From the NCBI GenBank assembly GCA_016186145.1, contig JACPMF010000002.1, positions 82,473 through 146,472 of the forward strand: DNA of 64,000 bases, in the 5' to 3' direction. The position numbers and the translations under genes are program-made. This document shows positions 40,920 through 50,884 of the stretch, piece after piece. The stretch's first letter is position 1, and each line of letters starts with the position of its first letter. This DNA comes from Candidatus Sungiibacteriota bacterium. Lineage in GTDB: Bacteria > Patescibacteriota > Minisyncoccia > Sungbacterales > SURF-37. The notes beneath the pieces are model-generated. The model was not told the DNA's origin and did not search any database. It saw nothing but the letters and a program-made list of their open reading frames with translations.

Positions 40920-43900
40920 CCGAGCTTCCCTGAATCAAGGTTTTCAAAATTTCGGACTTAATCGCTTGGCCCGGAGGCAACGCCGGCTTTTCCGCGGCAG
41001 CAACACCGCCAAGAAGCTCGTTAATTTTTTTCCTTGTTGCCGGCCCAACAACACCGGTTCCTTTAAAAAGGCCGCCGGGCTTTAGGATATCTTCGGAATA
41101 TTTCTCCTGAAAACGAATCACCGCCTGCTTGGTGAGCGAGCCGAAAAATCCGGTAATAAGGCCTTCGGGGTAAACGCCTTCTCGAACCAAAAGCTCTTGA
41201 ATGGTTTTGACGTCGTCACCCGAGCTTCCAGAAACAAGCTCACGCAGAATCGCGGCTTTTATCGCCTGCCCGGGAGGAAACACGGTCTTTAGTTTCGGCT
41301 TTGCCGAGGTGCCTACCGCGCGAATGCTTGCCTGGTTTGTATTTGAAGATTCGTTACCGGCCGGATCAACCGCGCGTACGGTGTAATAATAGAGAACTCC
41401 GTCCGTTACATCCGCGTCAATAAATTCTTCGCCAGCAGTCTCCGAAGACACAATTATGCCGAGCTTACTCTTTTCTTCGGAACGATAAATTTTCGCGTGA
41501 TCAAAATCGGACGAAGGATTTTTCCAGCTTACTTTAATCTTTCCCGCGCCAAGGGCTGCCGCGTTAAGCCCGGTGGGAGCCGATGGAGCAATAACATCTG
41601 CCGCGGCCACAATCGCAAAGCGCGTCAAATGATTAACCCTTGCCACAACCACATTTTTTTCCTTATCAATCGTAAAATTATCAATTTTTACCCAAGCCCC
41701 GGTTTTTTCATCAAGAAAGCTAGGAATTATATTGTCTTCACTCACCCCCTGCGCTTTGAGTTCTAACTTGTTATACGGGAGAATGACTTCGGCATCCTGA
41801 CTAAGCGCGGTGACCTCTTTTCCCGCAGCGTCTTTAACAGTGATGTCATATACAATGCTTACGACTTTAGCCGCGGCCTGACTTGGCGCCTCAACCGTCG
41901 GTTTAATTTCAACGCTCACGCCCCCGCTTGAGACCGCGGATCCGCCCGGCAAAGACATCTTGGCACCATCCTGTGTCTGCGCGACAACCGACTGTGCGGC
42001 GGGCCGGCTAACGCTGACCGATGACGCGAGCGGTACCACGCCGACTCTAACCAAAATAATTTCTAAATCAACGGTTTGGTTGGTAACATCAATAGTTATC
42101 TCGGCTGCTTTATACGGAACACTGCCAACCTCTCTACCGGCGCCAATATGCCAACGATCCCCTAAAGCGAGACCAATGGCAAACTCGCCCTTTGCGGATG
42201 AACGCGCGACAACAAATCTTCCTTTTTCCGACCAAGCCCAGATGAAGGCATCAATCGCCATACCGTCATCAAGTTTAGTAATGCCATTGATTTTTGCCGA
42301 GGTCGCGACATCCGGTTTTTTAAAGACGAGTTTAATTTCTTTGGTTTCTGCCGCCGCGAGGGCCACGGCCTCTTCCCCGGGATTTATAAAACCGGATTCC
42401 GGCGGAAGAAAAGCGCGAACATAGTAAAAAGTGGCGGAACGCAAATTGAATGTCGCCATTCCCGTCGAATCGGTTTTTCTAAAATCGGGGTGCATGCGCG
42501 CTCCCGTAAAAGACGCTTTGGCAGAAAATGTGTCGACAACAATACCAACATCAGCCAAAGCTTTACCGTCTTGGTCAACCGCTTTAACAACAAGTTTCGC
42601 GTCAAGCGACAAAGGTATTTCAATATTGACGATTCTTGCCTCAACAATTCCGCCGGACGAAAAACTAACCTCGGTATAAATGCCCGCGTAAGACCACTTG
42701 GCAGTAGACGGATCTTTAGGCCTCACGCCGACCTGCCATTTTCCTCCTCCGACATTAAGAGTGTATTTACCGGCGCTATCAGCAAAGGTGCTTACCCACT
42801 GCCCTCTATCGCTTGAATAAGCTCCAATCTCGGCATCATTAATAATGGTGCCATCGGAAAAGGCCACGGTGCCGGTAATAATCTTTACCGCCGATCCGAA
42901 TTTGATATCAATCTTTTTCGTCTCGCCGGAAGCAATGCTGATTTTTAACGGAGTCAGACGAATAAGATCTTTCCGGTCAGACGGCGAAAATGCCTCAACT
43001 AGATAAGCGCCGGCGGACACCGAAATACGAAAGGTTCCGTCATTACCGGAAACTCCGCCGAAGTTCGCGCTGAAGTCCTCGCTGAAAATATGTATGCCCG
43101 CCCCAGCAACAGATTTTCCAGCCGTGTCCTTTACAACACCTTCAATGATTGCTCCCGCAAGTTGCTGTCCGGCGGTTGTAAATGACGCGCTGAAAGCGCT
43201 TACAAGATTCGCGCCATTTTTATCTTTAAGTGTTGTAAAAACTTTGTAGATATACGTGGTGCCGGGTTTTACCGCGTACGACGGGGTAAATTCAAAACTG
43301 TCGCCTGAAATTTGGAACGAGCCGCTAATTGGCAAATCAGGAGTTGAGATCTCGGCAAGAATAAAAAATTGTTCTTTTGTGGAAGAAAGATCAATTTCTT
43401 TGGTGAATTTGACATGAATTTTCGCGTTGGTCGGAATATGGGTTACGCCATTTTGAGGAAATGTGTTAAACGCGTCGACTTGAAACCCGTAAAGTGTCGC
43501 TGAAGGAGGTGGCAGGGTTGGTGTTGCGGTGGTCGTTGTGGTGGTAGCAGTTGTAGTTGTAGCAGTTGTTGCAGTTGTAGTTGTGGCGGTTGCCGTTGTT
43601 GTTGTAGCAGTTGTAGTTGTTGTCGTTGCAACCGCGGACGGCGGAACTGAAGAATATATTCGAAACGCGTAGTCTCCATTAAGAGGATTGTTACTGCAAA
43701 TACTGCAGCTCCAGCCGCCCGATACGCCATACGCTTGGGCATACGCAATGCCGGCCGTATACGGATTTCCGTAAGCGTAAGAAAAACGAATTGTATCGGG
43801 GATCGTAGTATTAATCTGCAGATAGTAAGAAGCGCCCTGTGTAAGAGTTACTGAAGTACTAAGGCTACCTTCGGTAAAACTGCCGTTCGTCAATATCGGC

Positions 43901-46890
43901 AAACTCCCGGTTGTTGCCAGTACAGTACCGTCAAGTGAGCTTCTGATAGTAAGAGTGGTTGTGCCCGTACCGCTACCACCGAATTTGAATCCCAATTTCG
44001 TGGCGGTAAATGTTGAGGCGGGCACGATTTGCTGCGCGACATTGCATGATATAGATACGCAGTTAAACGATTGGCTGGCGTCTTCTTGGGATATAAAAAC
44101 ATATGACGCGCTTCCGGAGGAAATTGGCGCCTTCGCGCAAACAGAACTGCTTTTTAAAGAAACATTTCCGGCCGCGTCATAAGCGGAGACTTCATAGCAA
44201 TACTCGATGTCAGAAACCACGCTGGTGTCGGAATAAGAAAGACCGGTAACGTCGGTTTTGAAAGCCCCTTGCCGGTAAACTTTATAGCCGGTGACACCGA
44301 CATTGTCAGTTGATGACGCCCATGAAAGATTGATTTGCGAGGAAGAAACTGCCGTGGCGGAAAGACCGGTGGGTATTGAAGGAGCCGTTGTGTCCGTACT
44401 GGGTGGAGGTGGCGGCGGGGTTGTCGCTCCGCCGGTGCCGAATTTCGCCAAAAAAGCGTCACCGCTCCCGGCGTTAGTCTGGCTGCCAAGCGCGCCGTCA
44501 GTTTTTCCGGCGACATAGATATTTCCTGAACTATCTATAGCCGCCATTCCCAGTTGCCATTCGTCGCTTGAAGTCCCAAGCACCTGACTCCAAACTTTAT
44601 TGCCGGAAGAGTCAACCTTCATCAAAAAAATATCCCCGCTACCGACATTTGACTGATTGTAAAATGAGCTTCCATAATAGTATCCGGCAACATAGACATT
44701 GCCGCTTGAATCCACCGCTCCACCATGCGTCAATTCATTGTCGGCGTCTCCAAAAAACCGCGTCCAGATTTTATTTCCGCTGGAATCAAATTTAGTGACA
44801 AATATATCCCACTGCCCGCCATATGTTTGGCTGTCAAAACTAGCGTTCGTGTAACCGATAAGGTAAGAATTGCCGGAGCTGTCAACGCCGATCCCTTCGC
44901 CGATTTCAGTTCCCGAACCGCCGGCAAAACGTATCCATAATCTATCCCCGCCCGAAGAATATTTCGCGACAAAAGCGTCATAAGAGCCGCCTCCGAACGA
45001 CTGCCCGCCAAAAGCCCCGCCAATCCAGCCGGAAACATATATGTTGCTGCTGCCGTCCACTTTTATGGCCGTAATTTTATCCAAACCCGATGTTCCAAAA
45101 ATCCTCGTCCACGCAATTGATCCATCGCTTGCGTATTTAACGAGAAAAGCGTCGTTAGCTCCCGCGTACGGCTCCCCAATCAAAGAGCCGCCAACAAGAC
45201 CGCCGGCATAAATACTGCCGCTAGACGAATCAACGCTCACTGCCTCATAGCGGTCAAGCCCGGAAGTACCCCTGGGTTTTGACCAGATCTTTGTACCGCT
45301 ACTATCATATTTGACAAGCACGGCGTCCTCACTTCCGTTACTTCCATAACCGTCAAAATTTCCATATGTTCCTCCGGCGGCATAAACATTGCCGGAGCTA
45401 TCCCCACTCACAGAAGTGAAAATATCACCGGCGGTTGTGCCGATCATGCGAAGCCACAAACGATTGGCACCGCTATCATATTTAGCAATAATGCTGTCAG
45501 CATAGCCCTGCGGGGTATAGCCGTTGATCGTGCTCCACGCGTCGCCAACAACATAAATATAACCCGAAGAATCAACATAAGTTCCCCGTCCGTATTCGGA
45601 TTGATTTCCGCCTATAAGACGAACCCAGGCAAGCGATGGGGCCGCGCTTGTGGAAAGCGTCGTGGCTGATGCCGAAGAACTCTGGACAGAAACATTTCCA
45701 GCCGCATCATACGCCGCAACAGTGTAGAAATAGGCGGTTGAGGCAGTAAGGCCGGTGTTGGAATATGAAGTGCTGCTCGCGGTGGCAATTTGCGTGCCGC
45801 CGCGATAGATCCGGTAGCCCGTAACTCCGACGTCATCTGTTGATGACGCCCATGAAAGATTGATTTGCGAGGAAGAAACTGCTGTTGCCGAAACACCGCT
45901 CGGAATGGATGGCGCTTGGGTATCTGCAGTAGTGCCTAAAGTCGTCGCTGAAACCGCAGTACTGGCCGGAGATACATTGCCTGCATAGTCAACCGCTTTT
46001 ACATAAAAACTGTATGTTGTATTTGAACTCAATCCTGTCACACCAACACCACTATAACTTGTCTCACTTGTTTCAGACCAAAAAACATCATTTTTATAAA
46101 CCCAGTAATGGGTTACTGCCCCAACATCATCAGTAGAAGCAGTCCACGAAAGATTAATTTGGGATGAAGAAATAGCCGTGGCGGTAAGGCCGGTGGGAAC
46201 GGAGGGAGCAGTGGTATCTGTGCTGGTTGCGGCAATAACGGTAGTAGTAAAGGTGTTAGAGTCACTGCCACAACCTACTACATTGCACGCAGTAATATGA
46301 AAATCATATGTTCCTGCGGAAAGATTACTAAAAATATAAGAAGTAACATTGGCCCCAACACTAACAGTCATATCCCATGTACCGCCGGAAAGCCGCTTCC
46401 CAACATAAGAAAAAGTTTCGTTAGTAGAATTGTCCACCCACAACAAACTAACGCTTGAACCCGATACACTCCCACCCAAACCGCTAGGAGCTGCAGGAAC
46501 AGCGCCCCCGGCAGTATCACCGCTTACGGTGGCACCCGCCGCGGATTCGTTGCCTGCCGCATCGTAAGACTTCACATAATACTGATATGTAGTGCCGGGA
46601 GAAAGACCGACGTCAGTATAACTTAAGCCGGTAACACTTGTAATGTAACTGCTATTCCGAAAAATTTTATATCCGGTAACTCCGACGTTGTCCGTGGCAC
46701 CTGACCATGAAAGAATCAGCGCGGTTGATGAGGCAACACTCGCTTCCCAGACTTTGCCGACTGAAAAAGTATCCGGCGGGGTCGGAGCTTGAGTGTCTGC
46801 GGTACTAACAGATGCATATCCAAAAATCAAAAAAAATGCACCCAAAAATAAAGCAAAAAACTTTGTAAAGTTTACTTTTTTCATACCCAT
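40810..46890 (-). CDS. Giant cell-surface protein (2026 aa): signal peptide, multiple FN3 domains, SBBP beta-propeller repeats, Thr-rich linker, CarboxypepD_reg/Ig-like domains, C-terminal tandem PG_binding_1 domains
   Basis: FN3 signatures (TAPSVPTGLTATAISSSQINLSW...), SBBP-like repeats (GNVYAAG...DAFLVKYDSSG..W), a poly-Thr/Ala stretch, and C-terminal GSSGDDVKTIQELLVREGVY...FGSLTKQAVIRFQEKY x2. The 3' end is frameshifted. Confidence 0.85.
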   Translation of the reverse strand: MGMKKVNFTKFFALFLGAFFLIFGYASVSTADTQAPTPPDTFSVGKVWEASVASSTALILSWSGATDNVGVTGYKIFRNSSYITSVTGLSYTDVGLSPGTTYQYYVKSYDAAGNESAAGATVSGDTAGGAVPAAPSGLGGSVSGSSVSLLWVDNSTNETFSYVGKRLSGGTWDMTVSVGANVTSYIFSNLSAGTYDFHITACNVVGCGSDSNTFTTTVIAATSTDTTAPSVPTGLTATAISSSQINLSWTASTDDVGAVTHYWVYKNDVFWSETSETSYSGVGVTGLSSNTTYSFYVKAVDYAGNVSPASTAVSATTLGTTADTQAPSIPSGVSATAVSSSQINLSWASSTDDVGVTGYRIYRGGTQIATASSTSYSNTGLTASTAYFYTVAAYDAAGNVSVQSSSASATTLSTSAAPSLAWVRLIGGNQSEYGRGTYVDSSGYIYVVGDAWSTINGYTPQGYADSIIAKYDSGANRLWLRMIGTTAGDIFTSVSGDSSGNVYAAGGTYGNFDGYGSNGSEDAVLVKYDSSGTKIWSKPRGTSGLDRYEAVSVDSSSGSIYAGGLVGGSLIGEPYAGANDAFLVKYASDGSIAWTRIFGTSGLDKITAIKVDGSSNIYVSGWIGGAFGGQSFGGGSYDAFVAKYSSGGDRLWIRFAGGSGTEIGEGIGVDSSGNSYLIGYTNASFDSQTYGGQWDIFVTKFDSSGNKIWTRFFGDADNELTHGGAVDSSGNVYVAGYYYGSSFYNQSNVGSGDIFLMKVDSSGNKVWSQVLGTSSDEWQLGMAAIDSSGNIYVAGKTDGALGSQTNAGSGDAFLAKFGTGGATTPPPPPPSTDTTAPSIPTGLSATAVSSSQINLSWASSTDNVGVTGYKVYRQGAFKTDVTGLSYSDTSVVSDIEYCYEVSAYDAAGNVSLKSSSVCAKAPISSGSASYVFISQEDASQSFNCVSISCNVAQQIVPASTFTATKLGFKFGGSGTGTTTLTIRSSLDGTVLATTGSLPILTNGSFTEGSLSTSVTLTQGASYYLQINTTIPDTIRFSYAYGNPYTAGIAYAQAYGVSGGWSCSICSNNPLNGDYAFRIYSSVPPSAVATTTTTTATTTTATATTTTATTATTTTATTTTTTATPTLPPPSATLYGFQVDAFNTFPQNGVTHIPTNAKIHVKFTKEIDLSSTKEQFFILAEISTPDLPISGSFQISGDSFEFTPSYAVKPGTTYIYKVFTTLKDKNGANLVSAFSASFTTAGQQLAGAIIEGVVKDTAGKSVAGAGIHIFSEDFSANFGGVSGNDGTFRISVSAGAYLVEAFSPSDRKDLIRLTPLKISIASGETKKIDIKFGSAVKIITGTVAFSDGTIINDAEIGAYSSDRGQWVSTFADSAGKYTLNVGGGKWQVGVRPKDPSTAKWSYAGIYTEVSFSSGGIVEARIVNIEIPLSLDAKLVVKAVDQDGKALADVGIVVDTFSAKASFTGARMHPDFRKTDSTGMATFNLRSATFYYVRAFLPPESGFINPGEEAVALAAAETKEIKLVFKKPDVATSAKINGITKLDDGMAIDAFIWAWSEKGRFVVARSSAKGEFAIGLALGDRWHIGAGREVGSVPYKAAEITIDVTNQTVDLEIILVRVGVVPLASSVSVSRPAAQSVVAQTQDGAKMSLPGGSAVSSGGVSVEIKPTVEAPSQAAAKVVSIVYDITVKDAAGKEVTALSQDAEVILPYNKLELKAQGVSEDNIIPSFLDEKTGAWVKIDNFTIDKEKNVVVARVNHLTRFAIVAAADVIAPSAPTGLNAAALGAGKIKVSWKNPSSDFDHAKIYRSEEKSKLGIIVSSETAGEEFIDADVTDGVLYYYTVRAVDPAGNESSNTNQASIRAVGTSAKPKLKTVFPPGQAIKAAILRELVSGSSGDDVKTIQELLVREGVYPEGLITGFFGSLTKQAVIRFQEKYSEDILKPGGLFKGTGVVGPATRKKINELLGGVAAAEKPALPPGQAIKSEILKTLIQGSSGDDVKTIQELLVREGVYIFRLAHQAGGDSFSGEISR

Positions 46891-46946
46891 TTATTCTAAC
46901 AAAAAAGGCCTAATTGCGCACTGCAACACTGTGGACAAAATTAGCT

Positions 46947-49418
46947 TTATAACGGACTAAGTTTAATCAGTTCCCCCTTTTTGTATTTTCCGGCAAGAAT
47001 ATCTTTAGCAATTTGAGACTCAATCCGTTCCTGTATCACTCTTCTAAGCTCGCGGCCGCCAAATACTTCCGAATAGCCCTTCTCCGCGAGCCAATCCAAA
47101 AGTTCTTCTCCCCATTGGAGTCCGTAACCTTCTCCCTCGAGGCGTTTTTTTAGTGCGCCTAACATCAATTCCGCAATCATGCGAACCTCTCTCCTGCCAA
47201 GCGGCACATAAACTATTACGCCATCAAAACGATTTATGAATTCCGGACTAAAAACGCGCGATCGGAAAACTTCATCAAGAAGCTGTTTTTTTATTTCCGC
47301 ATACGGCACTTTTTCGTTCAAAAGCCGCCTGATAAGCTCGGCACCCGCGTTGGATGTCGCAATGATGATAGTATTCGTAAAATCAATTTTTTTGCCGTAG
47401 GCGTCAGTTGCCCGCCCTTCATCCAAAATCTGCAAAAAAAGATTCAAAATATTCGGATGTGCTTTTTCAACCTCATCAAGAAGCAAAAGCGAAAAGGGAT
47501 TCGCGCGCACTTTCTCGGCAAGTATTCCCGCCGAACGACTCTCGAGCGACCCAATGAGACGCCCGAGATCATCCGGCGCCTGATACTCCGACATGTCAAA
47601 CCGAATCATTCGCTCTTCAGCCCCAAAATACGCCTCGGCAAGCGCTTTCGCGGTTTCAGTCTTTCCAACCCCGGTAGGGCCGAGGAATAAAAAAGAGCCG
47701 GCGGGCTTGCTTCCCGCGGAAATGCCGGTGCGTTTTCGCCGAATTGCATCCGAGATCGCCCGTATTGCCTCTTCCTGATTAACAACCCGGCGGTGCAAGC
47801 GGTTTTCCAGATCAACAAGCGTTTCTTTTTCCGGAGCCCCCACTTCCCCGATTTTTGCGCCGAACTTCCGTTCAAAAAGGCGCTCGACAACATCGGCGGC
47901 AATGGACCCGTATTCGCCGGAGCTTCTCGCAGACGCGAACACTTCTTCCAAAATGCTTATTCCTTTTTCCGGAAACGGGGCATCGGTTATTAAACGGGAT
48001 GCGAGTTCGTAAATTTTCTTAATCGCGGGATAAAGAATGTTTCTTTTGTATTTTCTCTCAAGAAAAAGCGCCGTATCTTCTAAGATGAGAATTACCGCTT
48101 CTTCATCGGGTTCTCCAATTTTAATTTCATGGAAAAGCGTTCCGATAACGGGATGCTCCGCAACGCTTTTGGCATAACCCGAATCGCTTGCAAGGCCGAT
48201 TATCTTTATCCGCGAAGAACGCAGAAACGGGAGAAGCAATTCCATCAGATTTGTCGCAAGACCAGGCGTTATATACTGCTCAATGTCTTCTATCACCAGA
48301 ATAACGTTTCCCGCAATCTCAGCGTCGCGGAAAATGCGGCCGAGCGTTTCCTCAATCCCGCCAACCGTTTTCTCCGTAAGAATATCTTCCATCGCGAGCT
48401 TCCGTACTCTCCGGTAATTAAGTACGGGAACACTCTTCCCTTCACCAATTTTTCGCGCAAGACCCTTAACAATGGTCATTTTTCCAACTCCGGGCTCACC
48501 AATAAGAACAGCGTTAGCTGTACTGTCTTTTGAAAGCGCCTCCTCAAGGGCGCTGATTTCTTTTTTGTGCGCGAGAATATGCAGTTCTTCGCCGGAACGA
48601 ACCGTAATCTCGCGGCTCCGGCGGTCAAGAAAGGGAGAATAACCAAAAGCCCATTCCTTGCCGATACCAGGAGAAGATTCAAGCCGCTCTAAAAAAGTGC
48701 GATGCTTCCCATGCTCCTCCGCGATATCAAACCAGTGCATGGCATAATCAAAATCCTTCGGGGCTACTTCTCTTGCGATCAGTATTTGTAAAAATGTTTT
48801 ATCCAAAAAACCGATCGCCGACAAAATATCCGCCGGTGTTATAAACGAATGACCGTTCTTGAGCGCGGCGCGCGCGGCCTCTTTTATAAGTTCAAGAAAA
48901 TTGATCCGAAACTCATGCCCGGTTTCCTTGTGCTTACTTTTCAGCTCCAATAAAAACTCGGTTCTCTCGATGCCGAGCCGGCCAAAAAGAAATTTTCCGA
49001 AACCGCGCTCCAAAAAATTTCGAATCAGCTCTTCCGTATCATCGTGGTCGTTGATGCCGGACAAAATAGTCGCGGAAGAAAAAGCGAGGTAATACGGCCA
49101 TTCATCCGGAGCCATTGCATCACCAGCACTTTCGAAATCCCCCGAGAGTATTGCAAGTCCACGGCCCGCATACATACGGATGAATTGGGACCAAAGATAA
49201 AAGAAGAGGAAAGTCGCGAGCATCAAAAGAAGAAACCCGAGCAGCGCGGGGTGGCCGGAAACCAGGTAAACGCCGAGAATAAAAATAATGGCAGCCGCTA
49301 CCGCGTTCCGAGGGTGCGCGATACGGCGAAGCGGAATCAACCGCTCAATGCGCGCCGCGATAAAAAATGGATGTTTTGGAAACTGTATAGTACTCATATC
49401 AAAATTAAATTTCCGCAT
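46947..49418 (-). CDS. ClpA/ClpC-family AAA+ ATPase with N-terminal transmembrane region, no canonical Clp N-domain
   Basis: N-terminal 2-3 TM helices. D1 has the degenerate Walker A GEPGVGKM; D2 is canonical ([15 protein letters not shown]...LLLLDEVEKAH...IIIATSNAG). 823 aa. Confidence 0.8.
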   Translation of the reverse strand: MRKFNFDMSTIQFPKHPFFIAARIERLIPLRRIAHPRNAVAAAIIFILGVYLVSGHPALLGFLLLMLATFLFFYLWSQFIRMYAGRGLAILSGDFESAGDAMAPDEWPYYLAFSSATILSGINDHDDTEELIRNFLERGFGKFLFGRLGIERTEFLLELKSKHKETGHEFRINFLELIKEAARAALKNGHSFITPADILSAIGFLDKTFLQILIAREVAPKDFDYAMHWFDIAEEHGKHRTFLERLESSPGIGKEWAFGYSPFLDRRSREITVRSGEELHILAHKKEISALEEALSKDSTANAVLIGEPGVGKMTIVKGLARKIGEGKSVPVLNYRRVRKLAMEDILTEKTVGGIEETLGRIFRDAEIAGNVILVIEDIEQYITPGLATNLMELLLPFLRSSRIKIIGLASDSGYAKSVAEHPVIGTLFHEIKIGEPDEEAVILILEDTALFLERKYKRNILYPAIKKIYELASRLITDAPFPEKGISILEEVFASARSSGEYGSIAADVVERLFERKFGAKIGEVGAPEKETLVDLENRLHRRVVNQEEAIRAISDAIRRKRTGISAGSKPAGSFLFLGPTGVGKTETAKALAEAYFGAEERMIRFDMSEYQAPDDLGRLIGSLESRSAGILAEKVRANPFSLLLLDEVEKAHPNILNLFLQILDEGRATDAYGKKIDFTNTIIIATSNAGAELIRRLLNEKVPYAEIKKQLLDEVFRSRVFSPEFINRFDGVIVYVPLGRREVRMIAELMLGALKKRLEGEGYGLQWGEELLDWLAEKGYSEVFGGRELRRVIQERIESQIAKDILAGKYKKGELIKLSPL

Positions 49419-49526
49419 AAATCCGCGTTGCCATCCGCGTTCTTCCGCGGAGACTCCGCGGATAAATGCAGAATGCTACGCGGAAAAACGCGGAAAAGAG
49501 GATTTTCAAGATAGCTTCTGGCCATC

Positions 49527-49913
49527 TCACGCAAACAAAAAAATTATTCCGGTGATAAATAAAAGCGGGACTAAAAAAGGCAAGAAAATCCATAAGAAAA
49601 TAAAAAAAACGCCGGCGATAACAGACAAGGCGGCGGCCGCAATTCCGACAACAATAACGAAACTTCGCAAAAGAGCTCCGAGCAAGCGCGAAATGGCATT
49701 TCCGGTTATTGCGTAAAAAAACCGCGCCGCGTCAAACCCGCGCCCGTAGGACTCAATAACCCGATGCCACGGGGAAAAGAGAGTTCCAAAAAGATGCAGA
49801 ACAGAAAAAAAATTCAAAAAACCGATAACGGCATTTACCGCCTTATTAAAAGAAGCCTTCAGGCCATCGCTGTAGTGCCACAGAAGATACCTGTATAAAA
49901 AAACAAAAGGCAT
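49527..49913 (-). CDS. Hypothetical membrane protein (128 aa)
   Basis: Three to four hydrophobic helices, upstream of the Clp ATPase gene on the same strand. Confidence 0.4.
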   Translation of the reverse strand: MPFVFLYRYLLWHYSDGLKASFNKAVNAVIGFLNFFSVLHLFGTLFSPWHRVIESYGRGFDAARFFYAITGNAISRLLGALLRSFVIVVGIAAAALSVIAGVFFIFLWIFLPFLVPLLFITGIIFLFA

Positions 49914-50100
49914 AGTCTACTTAAAGTATAAATGCTACGTGGCCAGCACACAATAACGATATTAAAGTTTTTGTGAAGTATAAAATCGTTTCTTAGTTGG
50001 CTGAAATTTACCACCACGAGGCGATTCACTATTTAAAGATGGTTGTAAGGTACTGACAGTGGTACAAAATTTGCTAATAAAATTAAGGGTTTTTAGCCCC

Positions 50101-50129
50101 TTGACTGATAAGAACCGCGGGTGTATAAA
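50101..50129 (+). promoter_or_regulatory. Sigma70-like promoter TTGACT-N17-TATAAA upstream of the NYN gene, followed by a hairpin+T6 in the leader (50144-50176)
   Basis: ttgactgataagaaccgcgggtgtataaa; leader CCTGCgCCTACttcgGTAGtgtGCAGG then TTTTTTG, lying before the NYN start at 50211. Confidence 0.45.
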
Positions 50130-50210
50130 GGTAGTGAAAGTCGCCTGCGCCTACTTCGGTAGTGTGCAGGTTTTTTGTTTGAATAATAAGAATATGTTTA
50201 AGTACTATAT

Positions 50211-50867
50211 ATGAATAGAGTTTCAGTTTTCATAGATTCTGGCAATTTTTATCATTTAGTTTTGAAGAAACTTAATCTGCCAGAAGTAGAATTTGATTTT
50301 GACGGATTTGCAAAATTACTTTCTAACGGGAGACAAATTGCCCAGGGCGGGAAGAGGTTCTACGTAGGCACCGTAAGAGAGATGCAAGATGGACATGAAA
50401 GTAAAAGAGCGATGGAAAACCAAACAAAACTTTTTAGCGAGCTGATAAAATCAAAAGATTGGACCATAAAAACAAGCAAGTTGCGGACGAGAACCGAAAG
50501 AATAAAAATTGATGATAGAGTGGCCAACTACAAACAAATTTTAAGCAGGGGTATAAATGAAATACAGTATACTAGGTCAAGAGAAAAAGGCATTGATGTT
50601 AAAATAGCTGTAGATTTAATCGCCGGTGCTCTGGACGATAAATACGATACTGCCATTATTGTGAGTTCTGATGCGGACCTCATCCCCGCCATAGACTGGG
50701 TTAGAAAGCGGCTAAAAAAGAAAATTGAATATATTGGTTTTTCTATGCCGCAAACGGATTTATACGAGTCTACTAAACCAACAAAAACAATGATTTATAA
50801 CTCTGACGTCCAGAGGGTGCTAGTAGAATCAGATCTGAAACCTTTTATTAAGAAAACCACTTTTTAG
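50211..50867 (+). CDS. NYN-domain (LabA/DUF88-like) putative RNA nuclease
   Basis: VFIDSGNFY...SSDADLIPAIDWVRKR...IEYIGF motifs of the NYN/PIN-like fold. The gene is AT-rich (about 38% GC by eye). Confidence 0.75.
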   Translation: MNRVSVFIDSGNFYHLVLKKLNLPEVEFDFDGFAKLLSNGRQIAQGGKRFYVGTVREMQDGHESKRAMENQTKLFSELIKSKDWTIKTSKLRTRTERIKIDDRVANYKQILSRGINEIQYTRSREKGIDVKIAVDLIAGALDDKYDTAIIVSSDADLIPAIDWVRKRLKKKIEYIGFSMPQTDLYESTKPTKTMIYNSDVQRVLVESDLKPFIKKTTF

Positions 50868-50884
50868 TCATAGTTAATAAAATA

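Noticed and set aside
43443-43748. Q/L-rich antisense ORF inside the giant surface-protein gene, along with other embedded or antisense track ORFs
   Set aside because: Mirror-image translation of the poly-Thr/Ala linker. Low complexity with no RBS. The sense-strand giant ORF is strongly supported.
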